Below are positions 41,701 to 54,261 of a stretch of DNA of 64,000 bases, piece by piece (position 1 is the first letter of the stretch; the number at the start of each line of letters is the position of its first letter). Under the pieces are notes generated by a model, which made no database searches, was not told where the DNA came from, and saw only the letters and a list, made by a program, of their open reading frames with translations. The stretch spans positions 2,854,001-2,918,000 of the forward strand of contig NC_087246.1 in NCBI RefSeq assembly GCF_037042905.1, in the 5' to 3' direction. The DNA comes from Lytechinus pictus (taxonomy: Eukaryota). Position numbers and translations under genes: made by a program.

Positions 41701-44700
41701 GAGAAATATTGACATGCATGCACCCATATCGACATGACAACTTGAAATGGTTCACGAACCACAAGCCTTGCCTGATTTCGCGATCTATAGAATATGCCAT
41801 ATGATCTTTTGGTAAATTGCCAATTGGTCTACTGCCAATTTTTCCACTCACCACATGGTCTAATCATGGAGCTACTAGCTCCATTGCCTAATTTCAATTA
41901 GTCTAATGCCATTCCGTCCATCAACATTTCGTCTAACAACCATTTGGTCCAATAATCATTTGGTCCAATCATCACTTTGTCTAATCACCATTTCGTAGAT
42001 GACCATTTCGTCTCTTAACCAGTTGCAAAAAGAAGCTGCTGAAAACTGCTTATCTAATAAAAGAGAGCCAATGGAGTAAATTAGAAAGTCAATAGGGGCC
42101 TAAGCTTTCGATCCTAGCAGAATCTTCGTCGGAGGCAAAAACAAAAAACAGTTGGTCTAATATCCATTTCAATTTCATTCATTTTGCACAATTAACACTT
42201 AGTCCAATCAAACCAATTGGTATATGGACTAACTGGCTAATGGCTATTGGACCAATTGGTTATTAGATGAAATGGTGAGTGGACAAATTGGCAATTAGAC
42301 CATGTGGATTGTGGACGAATTGATTGTAGACACACATGTGGTATTACCAAAGGATCATTTGTACAAAGGGTAAACACAATTGATGAAGAAATAAAGAAAT
42401 AAGAGCAATTTGAACAAAAACTTGACCTTTTGAACCCAAGATGACATTTGACACCATCATCCTATATAACATACCTGTGGTATTACCCAAGGATAATTTG
42501 TACCAAGTGTGATCAAAATTGATGCAGAAATAAAAAGAAATGAGAACAAGTTTAACAAAACAAAAAGGATGAACATGACCTCATATCATTTGACCTTTCG
42601 ATGCCTAGATGACATTTGACCCCATCATTCTCATGCCAGGGTCAAATTTCATATTACCCAAGGATCAAGCGAGTTGAACAAATACTTCAAAAAAGGATGA
42701 TCATGACCTCATATCATTTGACCTTTTGACCTCTAGATGACCTTTGATTTGAACCTATAATTCTGATTACTCAAGGATCATAAAAACAAGTATGAACATA
42801 ATTAATAGGCCTACACAAATTAAGAAATGAGAGCAATTTGAACAAAAGATTTAACATTTTGGAACAGACTAGTGGACTAAACAGACCAACGGACTAACAG
42901 GAAAAGTAATTACTAGGTCTCTCCCAAACTTCATTCAGGCGAGACAAAAAAAGGAGTGTGAAGCTTACATGTACATGAAAAGTTAGAAGCATTAACTTTA
43001 TCCAAATAAATATTTGCAATTATAACATTTATTCAGCCTAGCAGTGCATTAAATCAATAAAGAATGCATGCAAGCAGCATGGCAGCAGAAATATGTCAGT
43101 ATATTTTTAAAAGTAAGACATTATAAAAGTGAGTGAAACTGAAAGAACTGCAAATTAATTCAAGTTTCTTTTCAAAACTATTTGACAATATTTGTTTTGA
43201 TAATTGATATCCTTACGGTATTTCCTTGGTGAATTTGATAGGAGATTGCTGAATAAACTTCTCCATCAATTCTCTACTAGGATTGATCAGGTTCAGTCTG
43301 GCTTCTAAGGTTTCTTTATAGCTCATCTGACCTCCCATAGCTTGCTTTGTTCTAAAAGGAATGATAATAATCATTGAATTGAATTGAATTTATTCAAACC
43401 AGTCAAAGGAGAACAAAGTACAAACAAAATAAATGGTTAGATTATAAAGAACTGAATCAAATGACAGGTTTGGGACCCCAAAGAAGCACAGCTTGTAATC
43501 AGGGGCCCCTGCATATGATATTTTACTCAAACATGGAATAACTATAAGAAAAAAAAAAGAAAAAAATCACAACAGGAACATTACCCACACGCAAGCATAC
43601 ACACACTCACACAGACAAACACACCCATTCACACTCCAAACATGTCACCCCAGGTGCAACTAACAACTGATCTTAAATTCATCAAGTAGGTATTTATGAC
43701 ATAATTTCTTAAACCGAGACAGGGTACTGCTACTTCTTATATCAGCAGGACACATATTCCATTCTTTAACGCAAATTGTTCTGAAGGATTTCAATGTAAC
43801 ATTAATTCTAGCAAAGGGTTGGTGAATATGATGTCTCTGACGTGTGTTATAATTATGAATCTTAGAATTAACCACAAAAGTTTCTTGTAAAAAATATTGT
43901 TATCCGATAGTGGCGCCTCAGGTTGCACTGTGTGAGAGCTCTCCAGCCTTTTAATTTTTGCTATTTCTGTTTATCCTGAAGATACATCTTCTATACCAAT
44001 CTGACCTTTTTGTTGTATAATTGTAAGTTTAAAACAGGTTTTTCCCCAATACACAATTATCAGAATCCCTTGCTAGTAATATCTACTGAAATCTCACTTA
44101 TGCATGACTCAATTAATCAACCAACTGTTTCTCATTTATATGTGAATAATTTTTTTAAGTGTATATACAATCTTCAAATGTAAATAATAATCAATGTAAA
44201 CATTGCACAATTAGTCTTCGGACTACAGCATTGTATTCTGTTTTATATCTAATAAACCGAATTGAATTGAATTGAAAAAGAACAATGCAGGGATTGGTAT
44301 TGTCGGAAAGTGGAATTTTCATTTAGGTTACTCGAGAAGAATGTGCCTAATTTGCATATTATTTTTGTACAGGTGTTTGGAATTCTCTTGATCGGCCGGA
44401 TCACTAGATAGGGTTAGGATGATCGATGTATGTACACTCGAAAAATATAATTCTAGTTATTTTCTAATCCTTGTTATGTAATTTACAGATTTAAGGATTT
44501 GTTTTCTCGTAATATTGAGTGAAAACAATATATATACTTGTATCTTTTTCATATTGGCTGTTTCAAAGTTTAACAAATCCTTAGCGGAATGATATTTTTT
44601 GGGGTGGTTCCGTGACCCCACTGCTTGTTGGCATTTTACGTTAGGTAGATTATTGCACGTCCTGGTTCTGGTGCAGGTCGGACTGCAATCGAAGCAGGCC

Positions 44701-47700
44701 TGGGAAAGGGCTGATGTAAGTGTCGTTTTATCTTATTTTTGCATAGAATTACAGTAAAATGTAATTAATTTAATAACTAATCGTTTCTATACTATCATGG
44801 ACAAAATTTTGAGAAAAGAATGACTTGTTTTAAGATTGAATTTAGTCACTTTTACTTTCATGACTTTAGCAAAGCAAGTGTATCTCGGTCAAGTTCAAAG
44901 ACGAGTTGTAACTTACAAATTATGAGGATATTTACTGGTTTACTTTTTGTGCTAGACATTGTTGGGAATAATGAATATAAGTAATACTTGATATTTGAAA
45001 GGTCAGAAATTTAGGATTACTTGTTGAATTGAAGAGAAAGTTTTAGTAGATTATTTAAAAGATAACATAGAGGGCGTTCTATAGTAAACATTGTATTTCA
45101 AGATGGCGGCGCCCATGGTAAGGTATGCTTCTAGCTGACCTCGTTATATTATATGATGTGATGATTTCTGATTATGGTTCTGAACTAAGAAGTTAGATCT
45201 ATGACTTCTTTGCTTACACAGATTGTTTGTAGACTTAAATTACTCTTTTAATTGCAGTATCAGATGGGTAAACTGTAATAGAGAATGGTTGTGTTAAGCT
45301 CAATAGACAGAAATATGCAGTTTGACTCCGTTCGATAGAGCTACTTGCTCTATCAAGTACTTGGGTCTTGATCAAAACTTTGGAATTAATGAACATAGTT
45401 TTTACTAATTGGATTATTTATTTGTGCAAAAGAAAACAGATATTTGTGAGTATATCATTACCAATGATTATCCACACTGAAAGTAGTAGAATTGTTTGAG
45501 AATTTTAAATATTAATTCAGGGAATTCTAAGCAATTTTATCATGAGTTGGAGTTATGATTATCTTATGGTTATGATTGTTGCTTTCTTTAATTATAGCTG
45601 GTCCGACTCATTTGATCCTCCTCGAGTCTTGAGATTTCGAATAATGGTAGAAGCTGCTACTCCTTTGTGGTATCCTGGGTGATGTGTAACCACCAGTAGC
45701 CTCTGACTTTGGGTAGGCATTAATTACATGGACTCTTCTATTTCTGTGTATAAATGATTCATTTTAATAGAATATCGTGATGTATACAGTGTATGATGCA
45801 TTCTTATGTCATCTGACTAAATATGAGTAATATGCTTATTACAACTACTAAATAGTTTTGAGATGATAGCTACAACGATAATATTTACAAGCTGTTTTTG
45901 AGGAATGCATGTATTTTATCATTTCAGTAAATGATAGAGATGAATACACCCCACTTTCAATATCAATATTTTGCCATGTATCCAATATCTGCAGTCTATT
46001 ATGTACATTGTGTGATGCAAGTGCTAATGACATGTTTTTGAAATGGTGTTATTGATAATCTTATTTCATTTCTGTCATTGCAGGGTTGTTGATTTGTTAC
46101 TCCTTTCATTTTGTTGGTTTTGGCAAACCTCAATAAAGTCAAAGAAGCTCAGATCTGGTGTCCCGTAGCATCTGTAAAGTTTGCTCCGTTACGGTCTTAA
46201 TTGGCTAACTCAACCCACCCCCCAACAGTATTTATACATGAAAATAACACAATTCAGCGAGATCATTTCATTGAATGGTAACATATTCAACTGCAAAAAA
46301 AGCGGGGAACTTGGAGCCAGATAATTTGAATTATATCTTATAGCTTTCTTTTGAAGAACTTGTAGTTTACGTACATGAGTCCTATATGTATTCCCCCAAG
46401 CAATATTGCAATACATTAAATGTGGCACAATTAGTGCATTATAAACCAATGTTCGTTGAGGTAAGAAATATCATGAATTAATTTTGTGAATGAAATGTAC
46501 ACGATATTGGTATTCTTTGTTCATTCCAAAATACAGTGTCAATTGCAGCAGTGCTGACTTTGAAAATAACTTGGATGACTAATTTTCCTAAAAGGGAGAG
46601 GAAAGAAACAACAACATTCATTTGGTAATAAAACATGGTGACCTCAAACTTGTTATTCTTTTCATATTATTTGTGATATCAAATAACAATCTTATATAAT
46701 TTGTATAAAGTATTCTTAAAATACTGAAAAAAGTATCAATTCTTATCCAAGCTTATAAATCTACAATGACCATTAACCTTGAACCAGTAACCATTTATAC
46801 TCATCCAATTTCTGATACCTGTTAGCATATATCCAAATGTAACATAATAGTAATACAGACTTATAACTTCAACACAATCTTCAAACTTTAGTATATTAAC
46901 TTTTGCTTAGATTTTTAAAAATTTGATATGAGTTTTGACCCCAAAATGATATTTGACCTTCACCTACTTACTTAAAATTTCATTAAACTATTTGCAAATA
47001 ATTGATAACCATTAAGTTTTATGCAATATATCATGAAGATTTTAAATCACAACCTAAAAAGTAATTTGCAATAGGGAAGGAGAGGGAGATTAATCTATAG
47101 GAAAAAATTATCTCTCTCACTCATTCTATCTCTTTGTTCAATGTGGATATTACTCTGTTACTATACTAGTCAAAAATTTGTTCAGCAATTTCACATTTCA
47201 AATAATGATAATGATACTTTTTGAATTATTTGTAAATTCCATCACTACAAACAGCTTTTTCATCCAAACACTTAACAGAATCTAGTAAATGCATCCTGTC
47301 TTTATATGGAGCGGATCGATTTGCTAAAAAAAGTCTGTGAAAAGTACTGGAAACCAATACAGCTGTTCTGTATTTGTTAAATCTTCCTTTCCCATCCCCA
47401 ACATTCTATTTGTTGACCGGAAAGACTCAGATGAGTTTTGTTTGCTCGTTAAGACAATGGTGAATTATAGCATTATTTACAGAATGTCTAGGGTTATTCA
47501 ACTCAATTCTACTCTGGATGATGGACAGTACCCGACTACCTGTTAGTGTTACTCAGTAACAGTAAAAAAAAAAACAATACTAGTATTAACCAATTCCCCA
47601 TGAAAGCTGACTTTGTTATATGCAAGTACTTACAGATCTTTTACAGCTTCACCAACCCCACAGTATGCAGCAAGCTCATCAATTGATTCATCTTGAATGA

Positions 47701-47773
47701 GAGTACTATCAACATCAAAGCAAACTGCATCACACGATTGGAAGATTTTCATTGTCTCCTCAAGAGTTGCCAT
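38794..47773 (-). CDS. PSPH: Phosphoserine phosphatase (HAD family), 5 coding exons, 229 aa
   Basis: Exons on -: 47773-47634, 43351-43217, 40831-40686, 39908-39760, 38913-38794 (690 nt). Motifs: AVCFDVDST, IDELA, TKQAMGG, YLVTGGF, GGK, MIGDGATDMEAVPPA, DAFIGFGGN. The third intron is GC-AG. Confidence 0.95.
39400..39687. mobile_element. Palindromic MITE (Harbinger-like) in the last PSPH intron
   Basis: GGCCC...GGGCC ends; homologous to 27816-28216. Confidence 0.7.
41810..42330. repeat. Element built of short CCAATTGGTCTA/TAGACCAA-type repeats in inverted halves
   Basis: Repeated GTCTAA/GTCCAA units on the left and TTGGAC/TTAGAC units on the right; interrupted by the hammerhead-bearing insert. 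Confidence 0.55.
42098..42136 (-). ncRNA. Second copy of the hammerhead-like motif, inside a ~123-bp insertion (42026-42148)
   Basis: Reverse complement is identical to 29-67. The insert is flanked by CAGTTG direct repeats (42020-42025, 42149-42154). Confidence 0.6.
43376..46469 (-). mobile_element. CR1/L2-clade LINE 3' fragment split by an insertion
   Basis: Minus-strand ORF pieces 46449-46210 (YNALIVPHLMYCNIAWG...LQKKAIR) and 43875-43660 (HNYNTR...EWN..P...FK). (ATTCA)n tail at about 43376-43395. Confidence 0.8.
43886..46193 (+). mobile_element. Probable solo LTR (~2.3 kb)
   Basis: TGTAA...TTACG (expected TTACA). AATAAA about 60 bp from the 3' end. Near-TSD TTCT/GTCT. It interrupts the LINE coding sequence. 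Confidence 0.55.
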
Positions 47774-47909
47774 GGTGAATATTGCTGGTGGAGATAGGGA
47801 GAAAGAAAACTATATTTTATTTCAGATATTTCTGATAAAGCTGGCAGCTGGCATGCATTGACAGGTCTTGTCTCAGCCTCTGCATCATTTTAAATTCAGC
47901 CCTCAATTA

Positions 47910-48350
47910 TCCAGAAAGAAAGAAAAAAAAATAGACATATATGTTATACACAGGAAGGAATGAAAGACAGGAAAGTAAAAAAAAGGGAAGGAAGTAAAAA
48001 AAAGGGAAGGAAAGAAAGAAAGAGCAAAGGAAAGAAAGAAAGAGCGAAGGAAAGCAAGAATGAAAGAAAGGATTGAAGAAAGGAATGAAGACAGAAGAAA
48101 ATAAAGGAAAAAAAAAAAGGGGGGAGGGAGGAACGAAGGAAAGGAGAAAAGAAAGAAGAAAAAAAGAAAGAAAGAAAGAAAGAAAAGAAAATTTGAAGCA
48201 ATAGAAAAAAAAAAAGAACTGACAGAAGGAATGAAAGAAAGAATTAAATTAAGGATGGAAGAAAAGAAACAAGAAAAGAAAGAGGCGAGAAAGGAGGACA
48301 GAAAGATAGATCTAGATGAAAATAAATAAATAAACACAAAGTAAAAAAAA
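47910..48350. repeat. Purine-rich (GAAA/GGAA) low-complexity tract
   Basis: Directly visible; it produces spurious F/S/L-rich ORFs on the minus strand. Confidence 0.9.
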
Positions 48351-48956
48351 ATCCCAAATAATTCTGACAAATGTTTTAATCCTGGGGTTTTAATGGAACA
48401 TTGTAAAAATATCATATTTTGAAAATAGAAACCAAAAATGCTTTTGATCTAGAAATGGGTAAAATTTCAAAATGAAACATTGTCTTGACAAACCTGAAAA
48501 CTGGATGAATGAATTACGTCACATACTTTAAACACCATAAAAATATTTCAAAAATATCAATTTGCGATACCAAATTTTTTTTAAGTACATTTGATCGGGA
48601 TCCTACAAAGAGTCTGTGAATAGAAAATTAGCAGTTTTGGGGCCTTATGATAGTCGATTCAAGAGCAAATGTTTTATTTCATTATTCATGCATAGACGAC
48701 CTAATTAATTCATTAAATAAAAAATCTTATTTACCAGGCATAGACATAGTCCATACAGCCTTGTAGATTTTATCGCACTACCGTGCAACTTTTGCGGCGC
48801 TCGCGCAATTGAAATTCCAGGGGGCGGAATCGGTGCCCCCCCCCAAACAGCTTGCAGCCGTCTGTTTCGAGGAGTTTTTAAACATTTTAAATTTTTTTTC
48901 AATTTCTCCTCGTACACAGACGGCTCGCTATCGTGCAGCCACCATTAGGGGGTTAA

Positions 48957-50654
48957 CAGGGTTGTAATAAAAAACGTTTTTTATAAAAAAAAAAAAAATA
49001 AAACGTTTTTTATTGTTTTAAATCGTTTTAAAACGTTTTTTTCAACGAATGATGCAATTTTCTGTAAATCAATGAAACTATACACTAAATGACACTAAAT
49101 AGAGTATGATTTAAGCTCTTGATGTTTTAAATAAGAGATGACCACTATTTTGTTAATGAATTTCCAACAGAAGAATTTAAAGAAACAAAAGGATTTAAAA
49201 AAATCGTAGGCCTATAAAATGTTTTTTAACCCTAATGAGACGTGGGGGGGGGGCTGCTTCAGCCCTCCCTCGTAATTTTTCGCGATAAATCCACTGCGCA
49301 AATTTTTTTTAATGCGTCACTCACAGACTTTCCTTTTTTTAGTCTAACGCAACTTATGAGACCAAAATCGCGACCCCCTGGTATGCGGTTCCGAAATCAC
49401 GCAACATTTTGTAAGTTCATGGAGACCCAAAATTGCCCAAATCCAATGCAAATACTGTTTTTAGCCAAAATTCATAAATGTGTCATTATTTTTCCTTTTA
49501 TCGATTAAAACAATTAATTTCTCCTTGTTTATGGTAAAAATATATTCCCTATTTCCTATTTTTAGATTATGCCATGGGTAATGCGCGTGCCAATTTTCGT
49601 TGTGATCCCGCGATCGAGGGGCCCAGATCATAAGGGGGAGGGGGGCCTTCAGTCTTCTTATGAAATGAAATAGCCCAGTCTATTTAGGTTACCGGTAATG
49701 TTTTTTTAACTTTTTTTTTTTTCTTACGTATAGATTTTTAAAACTTTTTTTTATTACTAATAGAAATTTTGGCAATAATTTTCCAATCATTAACAATAAG
49801 TACAAATAATGATACAGATACAAATTTTGGCAAGAACTCACATTGGGTTTATACATGAAATCACGTTTTTGAGCAATTCGGGATCTGATAATATGCACTT
49901 GTGGTGTGTATACATGTATCATAACCGCACACCAATGCATGCATCCGAAAAATAGTCTAGAACGATATGTCGTGGCCCTGTCGTGTTTATGGATTTATCA
50001 TAGAAAGTTTTAGGGGGCCATTAAGGTCCCCTGGAATTGTTAGGGTTAAGGTTTGCTAGCTAGCTGATTATCTTACACTATTTAAAGTACTTTTCTTCAT
50101 CTTTACAAAGCACAAAGTTTTACCGCTTTTGTGTGTACAGTGTACCTCAAGAGTATGATGTCAGGTTTACAGTCTATTTGTAAAATATTATTGTGCTTGT
50201 GCACCACTTCCATTTCATTCAAGTACTTCTTTAACATGTATTTGAGCTCATTTGAAAATAGTGTTTCTTTCCCTGTCCAAAAAGTGAGCACAACACTCAG
50301 ATGTTTGTTAAAATGATAATATTCTTAATGTGGATTGGATCATTGATGTGCACAATTGAACAGGGAGAAGAGGAACAAGACAAAGCAATGGAGAAAGAAA
50401 GAATAAAGGGGGAAAGAGGAGAAAAGGAGTGGTGTGTGTTGAAAAAGAGTTTTAGTTGGAAGGAAATAATACACCTCTTAATAAAAAATGGTATTAAAAA
50501 AACACTCATCTAAAATCACATCCATGCAAATTTATAACACACAAAAAGTCTATGCGGTGTTTAAAAACACGTTAAAAAAAAAAAAAAAACAGGTGTTTTA
50601 AAACGCGTTTTAAAACATGTTTTAAAACACACCGTTTAAAACGCGCCAACCCTG
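48957..50654. mobile_element. hAT-type non-autonomous element
   Basis: CAGGGTTG...CAACCCTG; 8-bp TSD GGGGTTAA; subterminal AAAACG repeats. Confidence 0.85.
49230..50045. mobile_element. piggyBac-type MITE
   Basis: TTAA|CCCTAA...TTAGGG|TTAA; partly similar to 19242-20244. Confidence 0.65.
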
Positions 50655-52502
50655 GGGGTTAACAATGCAAAATCCCCCGACGGGGCTTATCGATTTTTGT
50701 GTTTATTTCATAAAAATACTGTACATAAAAAGAACTGTACCAAAATAAAGATTATTCCGTTTTGGCCTGAAATGCACCTAAATGGGGAAAAATAAGTTAA
50801 AAGGGGAAAAAACAGTGACTTACTTCGGCTGTCGCGCAACTTCACTTCCCTGTTTTATCCAACTTAATACATAAACATATGGCCATTGAGTCCCCTGTAC
50901 AGTGTACAGATCGAGCTAGAACTTTGGTCTCTGTATTTGGTGAGTGGAGCCAACGGAGTTCAGCGGAACAACCAACATGACACAGACCGAAGCTTTTGGT
51001 CTACCCCCCCCCCCCCCCCCCGGCTGTGCACTCACACGTATTGCGAGGTTAGTATACCAACATCGCACCATGAACCGCATTTGGCAGTGGATTTCTAACT
51101 AGTGGGTCGCGCGTGCTGGGATCTTACTTCTGGTGTCCACAACACACAACTTCTATGGCTTGATTTTTCTGTGCGCAACGGCATGTAATGAACCCTTGAG
51201 TGGGCTGTGAGATGGTTCCAAATTAAGTTTAACTTTACTGTTTTGTAAAATAAGTTTGACAAGATGATCTATTCTTCTAACGTTAGTCATACTCATGGAC
51301 ATAGACCACTCGTTAACTGCACACATCCTGCCTGTGGGGAATCTACAGGTAGGACTATGGTATGCCAATGCTGTACATAGCACACTTTAAAAAATCCTTA
51401 AAATATCACTTTTGTGACCAAAATTACTAATTTCCATACAGTTGCATTTTATTTTCATTAGTAACTTGGGAATAATTTTCATATTCACCAGAGCGCTCAA
51501 AAACTTGAATTTTGGGCATGTTTTTGTGTACGCCCTCTATTGGTGGAATGTAATATGGCAAGAAAATTTTCATTTTTCAATCTCTATTTTTAATTAAGAA
51601 AAATAATTTAAAGAATCAAATTTACATAAGAGCCAAGTTATATGATCAATAGCTGTATTGGAAACTGACAGTGTAAGAAAATCAAGCATTTGTCCCATAG
51701 AAAAAGAGAAAATAAGCCAAAATTGCCACCCTTATTTTGCCACACATGGAGATGTAAATGTAACTGAGAACAAGGTTATATCATAACCTTGTTCATTGAA
51801 TGAGTGGACATAGACTAGAGTGGCGGCACATGTCTATTACTTTAATTCGGGTGCATTACTCTTAACAGGTGAGATAAGTTAGATAGACCCCCCTATTCAT
51901 TTAAAAAATCTGACTCAGATTCTGAGTCACAGCAACTCGTGCTCGTGGAAAAAAATCTGTTGAATTTCTTCTTCTTCCTCCGTTAGCTTCGGAGATCAGC
52001 AGAGAGATCCTGCACAAATAGTACATGTAACTTAGTATGTATTATAAGAGAGGTCATGTCTGCGCACACGCGTATCTGCACGATTCTAGTAAAAGAAGAT
52101 ACGCAATGAGCACGAACTTACACATGCAATACATAGACAGGTATTCATTCCGACTCAAAATGGTGGAAAAATAATAAATTTAGGGCATTTCATGTGCAGC
52201 CTTTCTCATCAAAATACCCGAATCGTGTGCAAAGTGAATGAGTGCGCAGACATGGGGTAGGGCCTTCCCCTTTTTTTTCAATCTGAAATGACTGCCCAAG
52301 GTTTTTTCCAAGAAAATCCTATATTTTCTTTCATTTTTAATGAGAAATTTGGTACACTTAATCTTAATAATATTATTAAAAGGAACATTATTAATTGAAA
52401 AATTTTGTGAAATAAGAAGAAATTCATGTTAAATCTTAACTCAAATTGTTAGGTGCGCAGACTTGGGGCCCACCATCATACTAGTACTACTACTAGCTAG
52501 TA

Positions 52503-53195
52503 GGGTGTCTGGAGAAAAAAATTATTTTTCTTATTTTCAAGAAACTATCACATTTTCTTTGTGAATTTGAAGAGAAATGACCTTCAGACTGACAGAAATG
52601 TAACATTTTTGAAAAAAATCAAATTATTGGCTGCAAAAAAGAAGAATGAAATTAGCCTAAATTAGGTCAAATTTCAGCATTTCTCTGCCATAGACTGTGT
52701 AGTTAAGAAATGGACACACACAAGTCCGAATTTTTAGCTTCCGAGAGCTGTTATGAATTTATTATTAATGCCAAAAACTTGTCCATAAAGATTCCAATAG
52801 GATTTTTTATGCTCTTTCTGAATTCTGATGGTATGATTTTTATAAAGATTTAGAAACCAGATCACAATGAAAAATTGTGACAAAGTGAAAAAATTGTGCA
52901 AAACAGACATTTCATTTTCCCATAGAAAACGCATGGGGAAATGGCAATCTCAACACACACACAAATAAGGGTTTGCAATTTATCTCTAAAAAATGATCAT
53001 ATAAACTTGTCCTTACTGTCAAAAGAAGCCCTGAATTTTCTCTTTCTAACATGCCAAACACAAGATAATAATCAATTCAGATCACATTTTTCTAGCAGCC
53101 TGAACTTTCCGAAAAAAATGTGCCATATTTTCCCTTAGCCTAGGCTAAATCAGCCCGTTTTATGCCGACACTTTTCAGTGTGGCTTCAGACACCC
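52503..53195. mobile_element. MITE with TA flanks
   Basis: TA|GGGTGTCTG...CAGACACCC|TA. Confidence 0.6.
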
Positions 53196-53200
53196 TAATA

Positions 53201-53512
53201 TGGCAGTGTATCCTATTGCCGGACACCTTTATTTCAGTGCTTTAAAAATGACAACTAGAGGAAATACAATTAAGAAAAATTCACACTTGCTATTCCAAAT
53301 ATTATTATGAAAATTATGATATGAATAGGCCTAGGCCTATGATAAAATTATTTTATATTTATACCAACCATTTTCTTTGCATCGCACTTGCCACATACGG
53401 TACCCCTCCACGAAAAACAATTATTTTCGTGTGCAACAAATTACATCATGATTCCGGACGCGCGCGCCGGACGGGTAAAGATATCCTTGATTATAAAAAT
53501 AATGATGTAAGA
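53201..53512 (+). repeat. Left arm of a ~310-bp inverted repeat pair (partner 62015-62294)
   Basis: TA|TGGCAGTGTATCCTATTGCCGGACACC... Confidence 0.85.
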
Positions 53513-54093
53513 CTAAGATTTCAAGTGTAGGTTGAATTTCAGGCAACAAAATTGGCTATATGTGGCCTGTGGGACTAGGCCTAACATAGACAGGAATAAC
53601 CGTCGTTTCTGGGGATTTATTCAACAATTTCTGACATTTTACTGTAATCCCCATTAACCGACGGTAGGGTATACGTGTGGGCTCGCATGTTTTCTCATTC
53701 CCACCCTTTTGTCAATTCACAGTCCAAAGTTTGATGTAATTTTACACATCGAATTTACAATCTAAGGATGTATAGCCATCAAACTTTTAAACCATGATAT
53801 TTAGTGAAGACAATATTTTAAACGATATAGTATTATAGATTAAAAGGCATGAAAAATTATACTTTACCGATGTTTAATTGGGTTGAACACGATCAAAATA
53901 GTCAATATGGCAGCCAAACTGTGAAATATTTACAAACGAACGGAGAGGGCGTCAACAATCACGAATGTGATATCGATATTGCTTTCGATATTATACGATC
54001 TGCTCCTTATGCGAGCGAAACCGCTACGATCACAAGTAGCAGACGACAATCAAACGATCACTTTAGTTCAAGCAGCATAAACGAAAGGCCTGC

Positions 54094-54261
54094 ATGATGG
54101 ATGCTGTAGCCAAGGGGATATTCGGGGAACACTTCACTCTCAAGCCTGACCAGCGGGAAGCGCTACAGTGTTTGGAGGACGGGAGAGACCTGTGGGTCCA
54201 GCTCCCCACTGGACATGGAAAGTCGGCGATTTTCACCGTCTTTCCGATATGGAAATCAAAG
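54094..54261 (+). pseudogene. RecQ-like superfamily II helicase N-terminal fragment (transposon-borne)
   Basis: FTLKPDQREALQCLEDGRDLWVQLPTGHGKSAIF matches motif 0/Q and motif I (Walker A). No downstream helicase motifs were found. Confidence 0.8.

Larger units (their letters stand above)
48844..51003 (+). mobile_element. AcademH-type MITE with nested hAT and piggyBac elements
   Basis: The two halves match the reverse complement of 15499-15940. Ends GGTCTA. Flanked by poly-C on both sides. Confidence 0.75.
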
